Positions 1 through 11,700 of a stretch of DNA of 64,000 nt are shown here, piece by piece (position 1 is the stretch's first letter; each line of letters begins with the position of its first letter). The DNA is taken from contig JAKLFA010000001.1 of assembly GCA_022711395.1 (NCBI GenBank), positions 195,277 through 259,276 on the forward strand, read 5' to 3'. A program made the translations under genes and the position numbers. Source of the DNA: Candidatus Omnitrophota bacterium. Lineage in GTDB: Bacteria; Omnitrophota; Gorgyraeia; Zapsychrales; JANLHA01. A model generated the notes under the pieces. It was given only the letters and a program-made list of their open reading frames with translations. It ran no database searches and was not told where the DNA came from.

Positions 1-502
1 TCCTTGGCTGGATTCTGAGAAAGAACTTCCTGTGAATTCCCGCGTGAAAGGTGTCGTGCGCGGATTTACGGATTACGGGGCGTTCGTTGAATTAGATTCG
101 GGATTGGAAGGGATGATCCACGTTTCTGATATGTCCTGGACCAAAAAGATCAACCATCCGCAGGATGTGCTGCAAAAAGGGCAGAATATCGAAGTTGTTG
201 TCCTGGGCGTTGATCCTGAGAACCGAAAGATCACTTTGGGATTGAAACAGCTCAACGAAAATCCATGGCCTAAGATCGCGGAAGATTATCCGGTCGGAAA
301 GGTCGTGGATGCCGAGGTTGTTTTGAATTCGAATTTTGGCGTCTTCGTGAAATTGGCCGATGATATCGAGGCCTTAGTCTATTCTTCAGAAATTGATAAA
401 GAACAGGCAGCGGCGCTGAAGCCGGGAGACCAGATAAAAGTCAAAGTGATCAAGGTTGATGTCGAACAGATGAAGATCGGCGTCAGTACTCGTTTAGACT
501 AA
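1..502 (+). CDS. rpsA: 30S ribosomal protein S1, C-terminal part (5' end lies outside the window)
   Basis: Repeated S1 RNA-binding motifs (GxVxxG..GxFVxL) in the translation. The ORF is open to the window start. Confidence 0.8.
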   Translation, partial: PWLDSEKELPVNSRVKGVVRGFTDYGAFVELDSGLEGMIHVSDMSWTKKINHPQDVLQKGQNIEVVVLGVDPENRKITLGLKQLNENPWPKIAEDYPVGKVVDAEVVLNSNFGVFVKLADDIEALVYSSEIDKEQAAALKPGDQIKVKVIKVDVEQMKIGVSTRLD

Positions 503-552
503 TTTCTTCACGATCATTCTGATTTTCCAAAATACAATGCGGTTGTTCACCT

Positions 553-590
553 GGGGGGCGCATAGATATGCGCCCCCTTAGGCAATTTTT
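553..590 (+). terminator. Rho-independent terminator after rpsA
   Basis: GC-rich inverted repeat ggggggcgc / gcgccccc (8-9 bp stem, 8 nt loop), followed by a T-containing tract and then the tyrS start. Confidence 0.5.
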
Positions 591-599
591 ACAAAAACG

Positions 600-1745
600 A
601 TGGATAAGGCGTTCGAAAAAATTATCCGCGGTACGACGGAGATCATCAATCCCGAAGGTCTGAAGGACAAACTTCGTGAGGGACGACCGCTGCGTGTTAA
701 GGCGGGTTTTGATCCGACGGCACCGGATATACACTTGGGCCACGCTGTTTTGCTTCGAAAGCTGCGGCAGTTTCAGGATCTGGGACATGAGGTGTATTTT
801 CTGATCGGTGATTTCACAGCACAGGTCGGAGACCCAACGGGAAAAGATCAGTTGCGGCCTAAAATGACGCTTGAGGATGTTTCCAAGAACGCCAGGACAT
901 ATAAGAAACAGGTTTTCAAGATCCTGGACCCGAAGAAAACAAAGGTCGTTTTTAATAGCAAATGGCTTTCGAAATTAACGGCTCAGGAGATTCTGGAACT
1001 GACGGCGCATTCAACGGTCGCGCAGATGCTGGCTCGGGCGGATTTTAAGAAGCGTTATGAAGAGCAGAAAGAGATCAGCCTTTTGGAGTTTGTGTATCCG
1101 CTTTTGCAGGGATATGATTCGGTGCATTTGAAGGCCGATATTGAACTGGGCGGAAACGATCAGAAATTTAACCTGCTCATGGGGCGCCAATTGCAGGAAG
1201 TGGCAGGACAGGCCCCCCAAGTGGTCGTGATGACGCCGTTGTTGGAAGGCTTGGACGGTGTCAAGAAAATGAGCAAGTCGTTGGGCAATTATATCGGGAT
1301 TAACGAGGACCCGGTTGAGATCTTCGGCAAGGTGATGTCCATTAGTGATGAATTGATGATCCGTTATTATGAAGTTTTGACGGATGCGGATCTGGAAGTT
1401 GTTCGGTCTCTTCATCCCAAAGAGGCTAAGTTGCAGCTGGCGGAACAGATTGTAGGACAGTTTTACTCTGAGGAGTTGGCTGGGAAGGCCCGGTTAGAGT
1501 TTGAGCGGGTTTTCAGTCAGCGCCAGGTCCCGGAAGATGTTGTGGAATATAGGTTTAAAAAGGATATGCCTTTGGTTGATGCTTTGGTGGGTTCTGGCAT
1601 GGTTGATTCCAAGAATGAAGCCCGCCGTTTGATCAAACAAGGGGCGGTCTCCTTTGAAGGCCAGAGGATTGACCAGGAAAGTTGGCCAGTGAGGGAGGGG
1701 GTCCTGAAAATCGGGAAACGGCGTTTTTTAAAGTTAATTCCGTGA
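600..1745 (+). CDS. tyrS: Tyrosyl-tRNA synthetase
   Basis: Class I HIGH-type motif (HLGH) and KMSKS motif. C-terminal S4-like RNA-binding domain. Confidence 0.9.
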   Translation: MDKAFEKIIRGTTEIINPEGLKDKLREGRPLRVKAGFDPTAPDIHLGHAVLLRKLRQFQDLGHEVYFLIGDFTAQVGDPTGKDQLRPKMTLEDVSKNARTYKKQVFKILDPKKTKVVFNSKWLSKLTAQEILELTAHSTVAQMLARADFKKRYEEQKEISLLEFVYPLLQGYDSVHLKADIELGGNDQKFNLLMGRQLQEVAGQAPQVVVMTPLLEGLDGVKKMSKSLGNYIGINEDPVEIFGKVMSISDELMIRYYEVLTDADLEVVRSLHPKEAKLQLAEQIVGQFYSEELAGKARLEFERVFSQRQVPEDVVEYRFKKDMPLVDALVGSGMVDSKNEARRLIKQGAVSFEGQRIDQESWPVREGVLKIGKRRFLKLIP

Positions 1746-1809
1746 ATTCGACAGGATTCTAACTACATGCTGTTCAAGCTTATAAATAAATTTACTTATA
1801 AATTAAACC

Positions 1810-1838
1810 TTGACAAAAAAAAGTTGACCAATTATACT
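1810..1838 (+). promoter_or_regulatory. Sigma70-like promoter for the tRNA-Thr/rpmG/tRNA-Trp/secE-nusG transcription unit
   Basis: TTGACA (1810-1815), 17 nt spacer, TATACT (1833-1838). AT-rich repeats (cttataaat twice) lie upstream and could act as an UP element. The tRNA starts about 18 nt downstream. Confidence 0.5.
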
Positions 1839-1855
1839 ATTGGTTCATTTGTCCT

Positions 1856-1928
<73 letters not shown>

Positions 1929-1947
1929 TAAGAAAAGAGTAGCAAAG

Positions 1948-2100
1948 ATGCGTGAAAATATTCAATTTGAATGTACAGAATGTCGACGGATCAATTATAA
2001 CAGTACGAAGGATAAGAAGAAAAAGCCTGAACGTATTGAGCTGAAGAAGTACTGTCGTTTTTGTCGCAAACATACACCTCATCGCGAGATGAAAAAGTAA
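1948..2100 (+). CDS. rpmG: 50S ribosomal protein L33 (50 aa, not in the ORF track)
   Basis: Translation [50 protein letters not shown] matches the L33 zinc-ribbon pattern (C-x2-C ... C-x2-C). It sits between tRNA-Thr and tRNA-Trp, upstream of secE as in many bacteria. Confidence 0.85.
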   Translation: MRENIQFECTECRRINYNSTKDKKKKPERIELKKYCRFCRKHTPHREMKK

Positions 2101-2149
2101 GCAGGCAGTAGGATAGATTGGGGCAGGAGGGTTACTAGAAACGTATTTT

Positions 2150-2223
2150 AGGCCAGTAGCTCCAATTGGTAGAGCAGCGGTCTCCAAAACCGCGTGTTGT
2201 AGGTTCAAATCCTACCTGGCCTG
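2150..2223 (+). tRNA. tRNA-Trp (anticodon CCA)
   Basis: Acceptor AGGCCAG/CTGGCCT, anticodon stem-loop GCGGT CTCCAAA ACCGC, T-arm GTAGG TTCAAAT CCTAC. Lies immediately upstream of secE, which is the conserved position. Confidence 0.85.
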
Positions 2224-2247
2224 TTGTTTTATATCAGAGGCAATGGA

Positions 2248-2433
2248 ATGATCGCTCGGACCGTTAGATTTGTCAAAGAAGTTGCGGCAGAACTCAAAAA
2301 GGTCTCTTGGACCACACGGGAAGACTTGATGAGTTCAGCTTGGATTGTGATTGTCAGTAGCGCGTTCTTGGGGATTTTCATTGCGGCAACCGATTTTGTT
2401 ATTTCAAAAGGGATCGCATTTCTTATTCGGTAA
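2248..2433 (+). CDS. secE: Preprotein translocase subunit SecE
   Basis: Small protein with one C-terminal TM helix and a SecE-like sequence. The ORF-track start at 2224 overlaps the tRNA-Trp 3' end, so the internal ATG at 2248 is preferred. Confidence 0.8.
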   Translation: MIARTVRFVKEVAAELKKVSWTTREDLMSSAWIVIVSSAFLGIFIAATDFVISKGIAFLIR

Positions 2434-2438
2434 AGATT

Positions 2439-2966
2439 ATGATGAAATGGTACGTTGTTCATACACAGACCGGGGCTGAGGAGAAAGCGAAAGCTGGACT
2501 CGAGAACCGCATGGCAACCACTGAGCTGAAGCAGTTCATTGAAGAAATCATTGTTCCCACCGAACAGGTTTCGGAGGTCCGTGGCGGAAAAAAGAGGATC
2601 GCCGCGCGCAAGTTTTTTCCAGGCTATATATTAGTGAAGATGGAAATGACCAAAGACAGCTGGTATTTGGTCAAGAGCACTCCTGGTATTACCGGATTTA
2701 TTGGTCCGGGCCGACGTCCGACCCCGATCTCTGAAGAAGAAGTGAATTTTATTATTAAACGAACAGAAGACACAGAAACCAAACCGAGCCCCAAGATCGT
2801 TTTTGAAGCGGGCGAAGCGGTCCGTATCGCCGAAGGGCCGTTCGCGAATTTTAATGGCCAGGTTACAGAAGTGTTCCCGGACCGTGGCAAGTTAAAAGTC
2901 AGCGTGCCGATCTTTGGACGTTCAACTTTGGTGGAATTAGAATATTGGCAAGTGGAGAAAATTTAA
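2439..2966 (+). CDS. nusG: Transcription termination/antitermination factor NusG
   Basis: NGN domain plus C-terminal KOW motif, in the conserved secE-nusG-rplK context. Confidence 0.9.
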   Translation: MMKWYVVHTQTGAEEKAKAGLENRMATTELKQFIEEIIVPTEQVSEVRGGKKRIAARKFFPGYILVKMEMTKDSWYLVKSTPGITGFIGPGRRPTPISEEEVNFIIKRTEDTETKPSPKIVFEAGEAVRIAEGPFANFNGQVTEVFPDRGKLKVSVPIFGRSTLVELEYWQVEKI

Positions 2967-2967
2967 A

Positions 2968-3393
2968 ATGGCAAAAGAAGTCAGCGCACAGATTAAGTTA
3001 TATGTTCCGGCAGGTCAGGCCAACCCGGCCCCGCCAGTCGGTCCGGCTTTAGGTCAGCACGGCGTGAACATTATGGGATTTTGCAAGGCCTTCAATGAGC
3101 AGACCAGAGGTCGTGAAGGGACTATTTTACCGGCGATCATCACCGTTTATAAAGATAAATCTTTTGATTTTGTTATCAAGACCCCGCCGAGTTCTGTCTT
3201 GATTAAGAAGGCGGCGAATTTGGCCAAGGCATCCGGTCAGGCAGGTAAGGAGAATATCGCGAAATTGAACCATGCTCAGGTTCGTGAGATCGCCAAGACC
3301 AAGATGGAAGATTTGAACACGGTTGATCTAGAGCAAGCGATTAAAATCATTGAAGGAACTGCCAGAAGCATGGGCATTGAGGTGGTGGATTAA
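2968..3393 (+). CDS. rplK: 50S ribosomal protein L11
   Basis: L11 sequence (PPVGPALG motif). Confidence 0.95.
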   Translation: MAKEVSAQIKLYVPAGQANPAPPVGPALGQHGVNIMGFCKAFNEQTRGREGTILPAIITVYKDKSFDFVIKTPPSSVLIKKAANLAKASGQAGKENIAKLNHAQVREIAKTKMEDLNTVDLEQAIKIIEGTARSMGIEVVD

Positions 3394-3394
3394 T

Positions 3395-4081
3395 ATGGCA
3401 AACTTAAGCAAACGCAAAAAAAGTTTTTCTGAAAGTTTCAAACCAGACGCGATGTTCTCTTTAGAAGAGGCGATCGCCAGTATCGAAAAATTTCCAAAGG
3501 TCAAATTTGATGAAACAGTTGAGGTTCATTTGAATCTCAATATTAATATCAAGACTTCTGATCAAATGGTCCGTGGCACGGTTGTGCTGCCTCACGGGAC
3601 CGGCAAGAAGATCCGTATCGCAGTGATTTGTAAAGGGGAATACGCGCAAAAGGCTGAGGACGCTGGCGCTGATTATGTCGGTGGACCGGAACTCATTGAG
3701 AAAATTGCCAATGGGTTTATGGACTTTGACTGCCTGGTGGCGACCCCGGACATGATGCGAGATCTGAGTAAATTGGGTAAAGTTTTAGGCCCCAGAGGCC
3801 TTATGCCGAGCCCTAAAGCTGGGACCGTCTCAACTGATGTCGAGCGGGTCATTAAAGAAGTCAAGGCAGGGCGGGTTGAGTTCAAATCCGATAAGCAGTG
3901 CGGAATCCATGTTGGGATCGGGAAACGGTCGTTCTCCAAAGAGCAACTTTTAGAGAACGCCAAGCATCTTCTGGAGGCTGTCGATCATGCCAAGCCGGCA
4001 TCGGTTAAAGGCAACCTGATTAAGACGCTCTCCATTTCAACGACCATGGGTCCGGGGTTGAATATTAACGTCGCATCATAA
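3395..4081 (+). CDS. rplA: 50S ribosomal protein L1
   Basis: L1 sequence. Start placed at the internal ATG (MANLSKRKK), just after the rplK stop. Confidence 0.93.
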   Translation: MANLSKRKKSFSESFKPDAMFSLEEAIASIEKFPKVKFDETVEVHLNLNINIKTSDQMVRGTVVLPHGTGKKIRIAVICKGEYAQKAEDAGADYVGGPELIEKIANGFMDFDCLVATPDMMRDLSKLGKVLGPRGLMPSPKAGTVSTDVERVIKEVKAGRVEFKSDKQCGIHVGIGKRSFSKEQLLENAKHLLEAVDHAKPASVKGNLIKTLSISTTMGPGLNINVAS

Positions 4082-4113
4082 AAACGAGTGAAGGATCTCT
4101 TCACCAAGACAGG

Positions 4114-4653
4114 GTGTATAGAATGGAACGAGTCGGTCAAATTTTTCGAAAAGGTCTTCTGAAAAACATCAAGGCCGGGATTTCAGAGAACAGCGGGACT
4201 TTTTTGGTGACATATTCCGCATTGTCTGCTCGGCAGATGGATGATTTTCGTAAGAATATGAAAAGGCTTGGCGCGGAAGTTCTTGTTTCCAAAAACCGTA
4301 TTGCTAAGCTTGCTTTGAAAGAGCTGTCCTATGATAAATTGGCGGATCTTTTGTCCGGCCAAACGGCCTTTACCTGGTCCAATGAGGATTCGGCCGCGAT
4401 TTCTAAAGCGTTGATTAAGCTCGCTAAGGATTGCGAAGGATTTCAGGTTAAGGGCGGGGTGCTGGATGGGGCTGTTTTGAGCTTGGCTGATGTTCAGAGG
4501 CTCGCAGATCTTCCGTCGAAAGAGGTTTTACAGGCGCAATTATTGGGAACCATCATTGCTCCGCTGACACGTTTGGCAGGGGCGTTAAATGCAAAATCGC
4601 GAGAATTATTGTCTATTTTGAAGCAATATAGCGAAAAAAAGGGAGGTAGTTAA
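4114..4653 (+). CDS. rplJ: 50S ribosomal protein L10
   Basis: L10 sequence. A short hairpin (gtgaag..cttcac, 4088-4106) lies in the leader. Confidence 0.9.
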   Translation: MYRMERVGQIFRKGLLKNIKAGISENSGTFLVTYSALSARQMDDFRKNMKRLGAEVLVSKNRIAKLALKELSYDKLADLLSGQTAFTWSNEDSAAISKALIKLAKDCEGFQVKGGVLDGAVLSLADVQRLADLPSKEVLQAQLLGTIIAPLTRLAGALNAKSRELLSILKQYSEKKGGS

Positions 4654-4654
4654 T

Positions 4655-5092
4655 ATGTCTGAGGCGACCAACACGTTAGAAGAGAAGAAGGGCGTTGTCC
4701 TTTCTCAAAAACTCGAGAAGATCGCACAAGAGATCGAAACGCTGACAGCTTTAGAGTTGGCGGATTTGGTGAAAGGTCTTGAGGATCGCTTGGGTATTCA
4801 AGCAGCTGCTCCGATGGCGGCTGGTATGATGATGGCTGCTCCTGCAGCTGGCGGTGGCGCAGCGGCCGCGGCTGAGGAGAAGACGGCTTTTGATGTCATC
4901 TTGACCGATGCTGGTGCACAGAAGATCGCGGTTATCAAAGAGGTCCGCGCGGTCACCAATTTAGGGTTGAAAGAAGCTAAAGAACTTGTTGAATCTGCTC
5001 CGAAGCCCATCAAAGAAGGCGCAACTAAGGAAGAAGCTGAAGAGTTGAAGAAAAAACTCGAGGCAGCAGGCGCTAAAGTCGAGATTAAATAA
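4655..5092 (+). CDS. rplL: 50S ribosomal protein L7/L12
   Basis: Ala/Gly/Met-rich hinge and a conserved C-terminal domain. Confidence 0.95.
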   Translation: MSEATNTLEEKKGVVLSQKLEKIAQEIETLTALELADLVKGLEDRLGIQAAAPMAAGMMMAAPAAGGGAAAAAEEKTAFDVILTDAGAQKIAVIKEVRAVTNLGLKEAKELVESAPKPIKEGATKEEAEELKKKLEAAGAKVEIK

Positions 5093-5106
5093 CACAAGTG
5101 TTCCAG

Positions 5107-5154
5107 AATGTGATGTTGGACAGAGCCAGACGTGTATCTGTCCAGCATCACATT
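5107..5154 (+). promoter_or_regulatory. Perfect 18-bp stem-loop between rplL and rpoB (candidate attenuator / partial terminator / RNase III site)
   Basis: AATGTGATGTTGGACAGA (5107-5124), 12 nt loop, TCTGTCCAGCATCACATT (5137-5154). No strong U-tract follows. Confidence 0.5.
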
Positions 5155-5223
5155 ATTGTATCTGTGGGCAAAATCAAAACGTCTTCTTAGTTGGACGGCA
5201 ACCCAAAACCAAAGATCTGGCAG

Positions 5224-8200
5224 ATGAACACATTAAATATCAGAAATTTTGGTAAGATCAAAGACAATTTTGAATTACCTAATCTTTTGGATATTCAAAC
5301 GGTAGCTTATGTTGATTTCTTGCAAGAGAACGTCGATCCGGATGAACGTGAAGATAAAGGATTAGAAGAGGTCTTTCGTGAAGTTTTCCCTTTGGAAAGT
5401 TACGATGGACAGATCAAGCTTGAATATCTCAATTACACCTTGGGTAAAGCCAAGTATTCCCATGTCGAATGCCAGCGCCGCAGTATGACGTATTGCGCTC
5501 CGTTGAAGGTCAAACTCCGTTTGATCACTCCGGTAGAGATCAAGGAACAGGAAGTCTATTTCGGCGATGTGCCGTTGATGACAGAGACGGGGACCTTTAT
5601 TATCAATGGTGATGAGCGTGTTGTCGTTTCCCAGATCCAGCGCCCGCCGGGAGTTTCTTTTGAGGAAGAACTTCATCCTACCGGCCGCAGTGTTTATCAT
5701 GGTCGTATTATCCCATCCCGCGGGGCGTGGTTTGAAGTCAAATACGATCTCAATGATATTTTGTTGGCTTATATTGATCGCCGACGAAATTTTCCTGCCA
5801 CCCAGATTCTTCGGATCATGGGCTTGACCGATGAGGCCACGATGTCCCAAATGCTGGGCGAAGAGGCTTTTAAGAAATTAGGGCCGACCCTGGAGAAAGA
5901 CCATACCACGAATAAAGAAGAAGCTTTGTTGGATTTTTACCGGAAGATGCGCCCTACCGAACCGGCAACGGTGGAAGTGGCTGAGGCGCTGTTTTTCCGT
6001 CTTTTCTTTGATCCCAAGCGCTATGACCTTAGCAAGGTCGGAAGGCACATCATTAACCGCAAGCTCGGGACGAGCGTTCCTTTAGAGAACCGCGTTCTGG
6101 ATATTCATACGGTCGTTGAAGTCATTCGTTATTTGATGGGCCTGAGAGAAGGCGTTGGGGAAACAGATGATATCGACCATTTGGGTAACCGTCGTATCAA
6201 GACCGTCGGGGAGCTGATCCAGAATCAGGTCCGCATCGGTCTGGCCCGTTTGGAGCGTTCGATCAAGGAACGTCTTGTTGTCATGAGTTCCTTTGAAAGC
6301 CTCACGGCGCATCATTTGATCAATTCACGTCTTTTTTCTAATCAGATTCATGATTTTTTTGCCCGGAGCCAGCTTTCACAATTCATGGACCAGGTCAATC
6401 CGCTCTCGGAAATGACCCACAAGAGGCGTTTAAGCGCTTTGGGCCCGGGTGGTTTGTCCCGTGAACGCGCAGGGTTTGAGGTTCGTGACGTTCACCCGAC
6501 GCATTATGGCCGCGTCTGTCCGATCGAAACGCCGGAAGGCCCGAACATCGGATTGATCGCGTCTTTAACGACATGCGCGCGGGTTAATGAATTGGGTTTT
6601 ATCGAAACTCCCTACTATAAAGTGGATCACGGCAAAGTTTCATCGTCAGTTGAATTTTTAACGGCTGATATCGATCAGGATAAATATATCGCTCAGGCGA
6701 ATGCCCCAACGGATGAAAAAGGAAAATTTTCCAATGAGGAGGTCGTCTGCCGCTATCGCACGGATTTTCCCCGTGTCAATCCGGATAAGGTGGATTATAA
6801 AGATGTTTCAACAAAGCAACTTGTTTCAGTTGCGACTTCGCTGATCCCGTTTTTGGAGCATGACGACGCTAATCGCGCTTTGATGGGGTCTAACATGCAG
6901 CGCCAGGCCGTGCCGTTGATGTGTCCGGAGGTTCCTTTGGTCGGGACCGGCATGGAAGAGAAGGTGGCCCGGGACTCCGGCGTCGTTGTGATCGCCCAGG
7001 CTGATGGCACAGTGTCTAAGGTCGATGGCAGCGAGATCGTTATCGGGGGTCATGTTTATCCGTTGAAGAATTTTCAGCGCTCCAATGCGAACACCTGCGT
7101 TTTGCAGAAACCGATCGTCAAGCTCGGTGAGAAGGTGAAAAAGGGTCAGATCATCGCGGATGGGTTCGCTACAGATCGAGGTCGTTTATCCTTGGGACGT
7201 AATGCGCTGGTCGCCTTCATGCCTTGGAGAGGATATAATTTTGAGGATGCGATCCTGATTAACCAGCGTCTGGTCAGAGAGGACGCTTTCACATCGATCC
7301 ATATTGAGCGTTTTGAGGTAGAGGCCCGTGAAACACGTCTGGGTAACGAAGAGATCACCCGAGACATCCCCAACGTGGGCGAGGAGGCTTTAAAGGATCT
7401 GAATGCCGATGGTATTGTGCGGATTGGTGCTGAGGTCAAGCCGGGGGATATCCTTGTCGGTAAAGTCACCCCGAAGAGTGAGAAGGAGCTGTCTCCGGAA
7501 GAACGTTTGCTGCGGGCCATCTTTGGCGAGAAAGCAGCGGATATCCGTGATACATCCTTTGTGCTTCCTCCTGGAGTCGAGGGTGTTGTGATCCAGGCAG
7601 AGGTCTTTCAGCGCACGGAGCGCGGACGCAAATCTAAAGTCGAGAAGGCCAAGACTGTGGAAGCGGTTAACAAGGTCAAAGAATATTATGAACAAGAACG
7701 GATCCTGATCGAGGAAGAGCGCGATAAGAAATTGAGTGAATCCTTGGGCGTTAAGACATCGAAGCTGAGCCCTGTGGAACTGCGCAAGCTTCCTGAGGAT
7801 TCTGAGGCAAGTGAGATCCTTGCGTTTTATGATGATAAATTGGAAGAGCTGGCCCATGAGGAAGAGCAGGAAATCGAACGCGTCAAACGCGGCGATGAGC
7901 TTCCCGCCGGAGTTTTGAAGAGGGTGGTGGTCTATGTGGCGACCAAACGCAAACTCCAGGAAGGGGACAAGATGGCTGGCCGTCATGGGAACAAGGGTGT
8001 CATTTCCCGCATTCTTCCTGAAGAGGATATGCCGTTTCTGCAGGACGGGACGCCGGTGGATGTTGTCCTCAATCCGCTGGGGGTTCCTTCTCGTATGAAC
8101 GTCGGGCAGCTTTTAGAAACACACCTTGGCTGGGCGGCCAAAGCATTGGGTTTTCACGCTGAAACGCCGGTATTCGACGGGGCCAGCGAACAGGAGATCT

Positions 8201-8679
8201 TCGATCTTTTTAAAGAAGCTGGCCTTCCTGAGACAGGAAAGACCGTGGTGTGTGATGGTTTCAGCGGGCAGCCCTTTGATCAAAAAGTCACGGTGGGTTA
8301 TATCTACCTGATGAAATTGAACCATCTTGTTGATGAAAAGATCCATGCCCGTTCGATCGGTCCGTATTCGCTGGTTACGCAGCAACCGCTCGGAGGCAAG
8401 GCTCATTTCGGTGGTCAGCGCTTTGGTGAAATGGAAGTTTGGGCTTTGGAAGCGTATGGCGCCGCCTATACATTGCAGGAAATGTTGACCGTCAAGAGCG
8501 ATGACGTCCAAGGGCGCAGCCAGATTTATGAGGCGATCGTCAAGGGTGAGCAGCGTTTAGAGACGGGCATTCCCGAATCATTCAATGTCTTGGTGAAAGA
8601 GCTTCAGGGATTGTGTTTGGATATCCAGCTGGAGCAAGAGAAGCCGGCTGTTACCGAAGAAAAAGCGGATAAAAAATAG
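5224..8679 (+). CDS. rpoB: DNA-directed RNA polymerase subunit beta
   Basis: Unmistakable RpoB sequence. ATG at 5224; an in-frame TTG at 5191 is an alternative start. A compact form of about 1150-1160 aa. Confidence 0.95.
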   Translation: MNTLNIRNFGKIKDNFELPNLLDIQTVAYVDFLQENVDPDEREDKGLEEVFREVFPLESYDGQIKLEYLNYTLGKAKYSHVECQRRSMTYCAPLKVKLRLITPVEIKEQEVYFGDVPLMTETGTFIINGDERVVVSQIQRPPGVSFEEELHPTGRSVYHGRIIPSRGAWFEVKYDLNDILLAYIDRRRNFPATQILRIMGLTDEATMSQMLGEEAFKKLGPTLEKDHTTNKEEALLDFYRKMRPTEPATVEVAEALFFRLFFDPKRYDLSKVGRHIINRKLGTSVPLENRVLDIHTVVEVIRYLMGLREGVGETDDIDHLGNRRIKTVGELIQNQVRIGLARLERSIKERLVVMSSFESLTAHHLINSRLFSNQIHDFFARSQLSQFMDQVNPLSEMTHKRRLSALGPGGLSRERAGFEVRDVHPTHYGRVCPIETPEGPNIGLIASLTTCARVNELGFIETPYYKVDHGKVSSSVEFLTADIDQDKYIAQANAPTDEKGKFSNEEVVCRYRTDFPRVNPDKVDYKDVSTKQLVSVATSLIPFLEHDDANRALMGSNMQRQAVPLMCPEVPLVGTGMEEKVARDSGVVVIAQADGTVSKVDGSEIVIGGHVYPLKNFQRSNANTCVLQKPIVKLGEKVKKGQIIADGFATDRGRLSLGRNALVAFMPWRGYNFEDAILINQRLVREDAFTSIHIERFEVEARETRLGNEEITRDIPNVGEEALKDLNADGIVRIGAEVKPGDILVGKVTPKSEKELSPEERLLRAIFGEKAADIRDTSFVLPPGVEGVVIQAEVFQRTERGRKSKVEKAKTVEAVNKVKEYYEQERILIEEERDKKLSESLGVKTSKLSPVELRKLPEDSEASEILAFYDDKLEELAHEEEQEIERVKRGDELPAGVLKRVVVYVATKRKLQEGDKMAGRHGNKGVISRILPEEDMPFLQDGTPVDVVLNPLGVPSRMNVGQLLETHLGWAAKALGFHAETPVFDGASEQEIFDLFKEAGLPETGKTVVCDGFSGQPFDQKVTVGYIYLMKLNHLVDEKIHARSIGPYSLVTQQPLGGKAHFGGQRFGEMEVWALEAYGAAYTLQEMLTVKSDDVQGRSQIYEAIVKGEQRLETGIPESFNVLVKELQGLCLDIQLEQEKPAVTEEKADKK

Positions 8680-8726
8680 CAGGTTACGATACAGAGCACA
8701 ATGATCCGATTAAGGAGAATTTTATA

Positions 8727-11700
8727 ATGGCCAAAAAACAGGATATCATAAATCAAGATCGAATTACGATCAAGATTGCATCGCCGGATACGATCCGTTC
8801 GTGGTCGCAAGGGATGGTGAAAAAGGCCGAGACGTTGAATTATCGAACCTTGAAACCGGAAAAGGATGGTCTCTTTTGCGAGCGTATTTTTGGGCCGGTC
8901 CGTGATTGGGAATGCAATTGCGGGAAATATAAGGGGATCAAGTTCCGCGGAATCACCTGCGACCGTTGCGGCGTTACGGTCACGAGGTCTTCTGTCCGTC
9001 GTGAACGCATGGGCCATATTGAATTGGCTTGCCCGGTAACGCATATCTGGTTCTATAAGGCGGTTCCCAGCCGCTTATCGGCCCTCCTGCAGGTGTCCTT
9101 GAGAAATCTTGAAAAGCTCATTTATTATGAAGAATACGTGGTTATTGATCCGGGTGATGCGCCTTTGAAGTATAAGCAATTCTTGAGCGAAGATCAGTAT
9201 CAAGAGGCGGTTGTTAAATATGGTGGCGCGTTTAAGGCCAAGATCGGCGCTGAGGCGGTCAAGGATCTGTTGGAGAGCATCGAGCTTGATAAACTGAGCA
9301 AGGAATTACGCAAAGAACTTGCTGGAATGAGCTCGCTGAGCGCTAACGCCAAAAAGATGGCCAAGAGCTTGAAGATCATTGAAGATTTCAAGATTTCCGG
9401 GAACAAGGCTGAATGGATGGTCTTGGATGTGCTTCCGGTCATCCCGCCGGATTTGCGTCCTTTGGTCCCTCTAGAAGGAGGGCGATTTGCTACTTCAGAC
9501 CTGAATGATCTTTATAGACGGGTCATTAACCGCAATAACCGTCTTAAGAAATTGATGGATTTAAATGCTCCGGAGATCATTATCCGCAACGAAAAGCGCA
9601 TGCTTCAAGAATCGGTGGACGCGCTTTTGGATAATGGCCGTCACGGACGCCCGGTCTTGGGTTCCGGCAACCGTCCTTTGAAATCCCTGTCGGATATGCT
9701 CAAAGGCAAGCAGGGCCGTTTCCGCATGAACCTTCTTGGTAAACGCGTGGATTATTCCGGGCGCTCGGTCATTGTCGTTGGACCGACGCTGAGATTGCAT
9801 GAATGCGGCCTTCCTAAGAAGATGGCTTTGGAACTTTTTGAACCGTTCATTATCCGTAAATTGCGGGAAAAAGGTTATGTGCACACCATTAAAGGTGCAA
9901 AACGGATGGTTGAACGCGCCAAGGTGGAGGTTTGGGATATCTTAGATGAGGTCATTAAGGACCACCCGGTCCTTTTAAACCGTGCTCCGACGCTGCACAG
10001 ATTGAGCGTCCAGGCCTTTCAGCCGGTGTTGGTGGAAGGGAAGGCGATCAAGCTGCATCCGTTGGTTTGCGCGGCCTTTAACGCGGACTTCGATGGGGAC
10101 CAGATGGCGGTTCACGTGCCGTTATCGCTGGAGGCCCAGATCGAATGCCGTTTACAAATGCTTTCTGTGAACAATCTTTTTTCTCCGGCGGATGGCCGTC
10201 CGATCATGTCGCCGACCCAGGACATGGTGTTGGGGTTGTATTACCTAACGAAGGATAATGGGCATGAACCGAAAGGGATATTCGCTTCGGCGCAGGAAGT
10301 CATTATCGCCTTTAACGACAAAGTGGTCACGCTGCATGATGCGATCCGCTTGCGTTTGGCAGGGTCGGTCTGGGGTGACGAAAAGCCGTCTTTGATCATT
10401 TCCCAGGAAAAGGCGCTTATGGGCGAATCCGCAGAAGGCGTTGCGGCAAATAGTCCGGTTAAGGCCCAGATTATTGAAACAACTGTTGGACGGGTTCTTT
10501 TCAACCAACTGCTGCCTGAAGGCTACGGGTTCGTCAACGAACTTTTGGACAAGAAACGAATCGGCGCCGTTATTTCTGATTGTTATAAGCGTTTTGGGCA
10601 GGAAACAACGGTGCGGTTGTTGGACCGGATCAAGGAATACGGGTTCTTCGCTTCGACAGAGGCGGGTATTTCGATTTCGATCCCGGACCTGACAAGCCCG
10701 AAGGATAAAGAGAAATATATTAAGAAGGCAAAAGATGAAGTGGCCCGCGTTGAAGACCAGTACCACAAGGGGATTATCACCGGCCGCGAACGATATAATA
10801 AGATCATTGATATTTGGACGCATACGACGGAAAAGTTATCTGACCTGGTCTTCAAGCAAATGGACCCGTTCAATCCGGTTTTTATTATGGCGGATTCAGG
10901 GGCGCGGGGTTCGCGTTTGCAGATCCGTCAGCTGTCGGGCATGAGAGGGCTTATGGCAAAGCCTTCAGGTGAGATTATTGAAAACCCGATCACGGCCAGT
11001 TTCCGTGAAGGATTGACGGTGCTGGAATATTTTATTTCTACGCACGGTGCTCGCAAGGGTTTGGCGGATACAGCTTTGAAAACAGCGGACGCCGGGTATT
11101 TGACCCGTCGTTTGGTTGACGTCGCCCAGGAAGTTGTCATCACCGAAGAGGACTGCGGGACCGTGAATGGGATTACGGTTTCTGCGATCGTCGAGGGTGA
11201 TGAACTGGTCGTGAGCTTGAAAGAGCGTATTATTGGTCGTGTTGCGCTGGACAACATTGTTGATGTTATTACCGATCAAGTCGTTGTTGAAGCGGGACAA
11301 GAGATCACGGAGGAAAAAGCGGCGGCGATCGAACAGCTTGGTATTGAAAAGGTGCGTATCCGCAGTGTTCTGACCTGTGATTCCGATCGCGGTGTCTGCG
11401 TGAAGTGCTATGGCCGCAACTTGGCGACTCAGCGTATTGTTGAGATCGGAGAATCGGTCGGTATTATTGCGGCACAAAGCATCGGTGAGCCCGGGACCCA
11501 GTTGACCATGCGGACCTTCCACATCGGTGGTACAGCTTCGCGTGCCGTGGAACAATCCCATTATCAATCAAAGAACGATGGTTTTGTGAAGTACCATCAG
11601 CTGCGCGTTGTTGAGCGCAATGCTGAATTCGTCGTCCTGAACCGTAACGGATCGATCAGTATTAATAATGAGTTCGGACGGGAGTTTGAACGCTATCAAC

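Noticed and set aside
503-599. Possible T-box leader upstream of tyrS
   Set aside because: The spacer is only ~97 nt, mostly occupied by the rpsA terminator. It is too short for a T-box and no specifier/antiterminator motifs were seen.
2224-2247. Upstream TTG start for secE
   Set aside because: It would overlap the 3' end of tRNA-Trp. The internal ATG at 2248 gives a normal-length SecE.
5113-5122. Shared 10-mer tgttggacag in the rplL-rpoB hairpin and in the terminator at 35798-35808
   Set aside because: Only 10 nt are shared and the surrounding arms differ. This is most likely chance rather than a repeat family. No other copies were seen.
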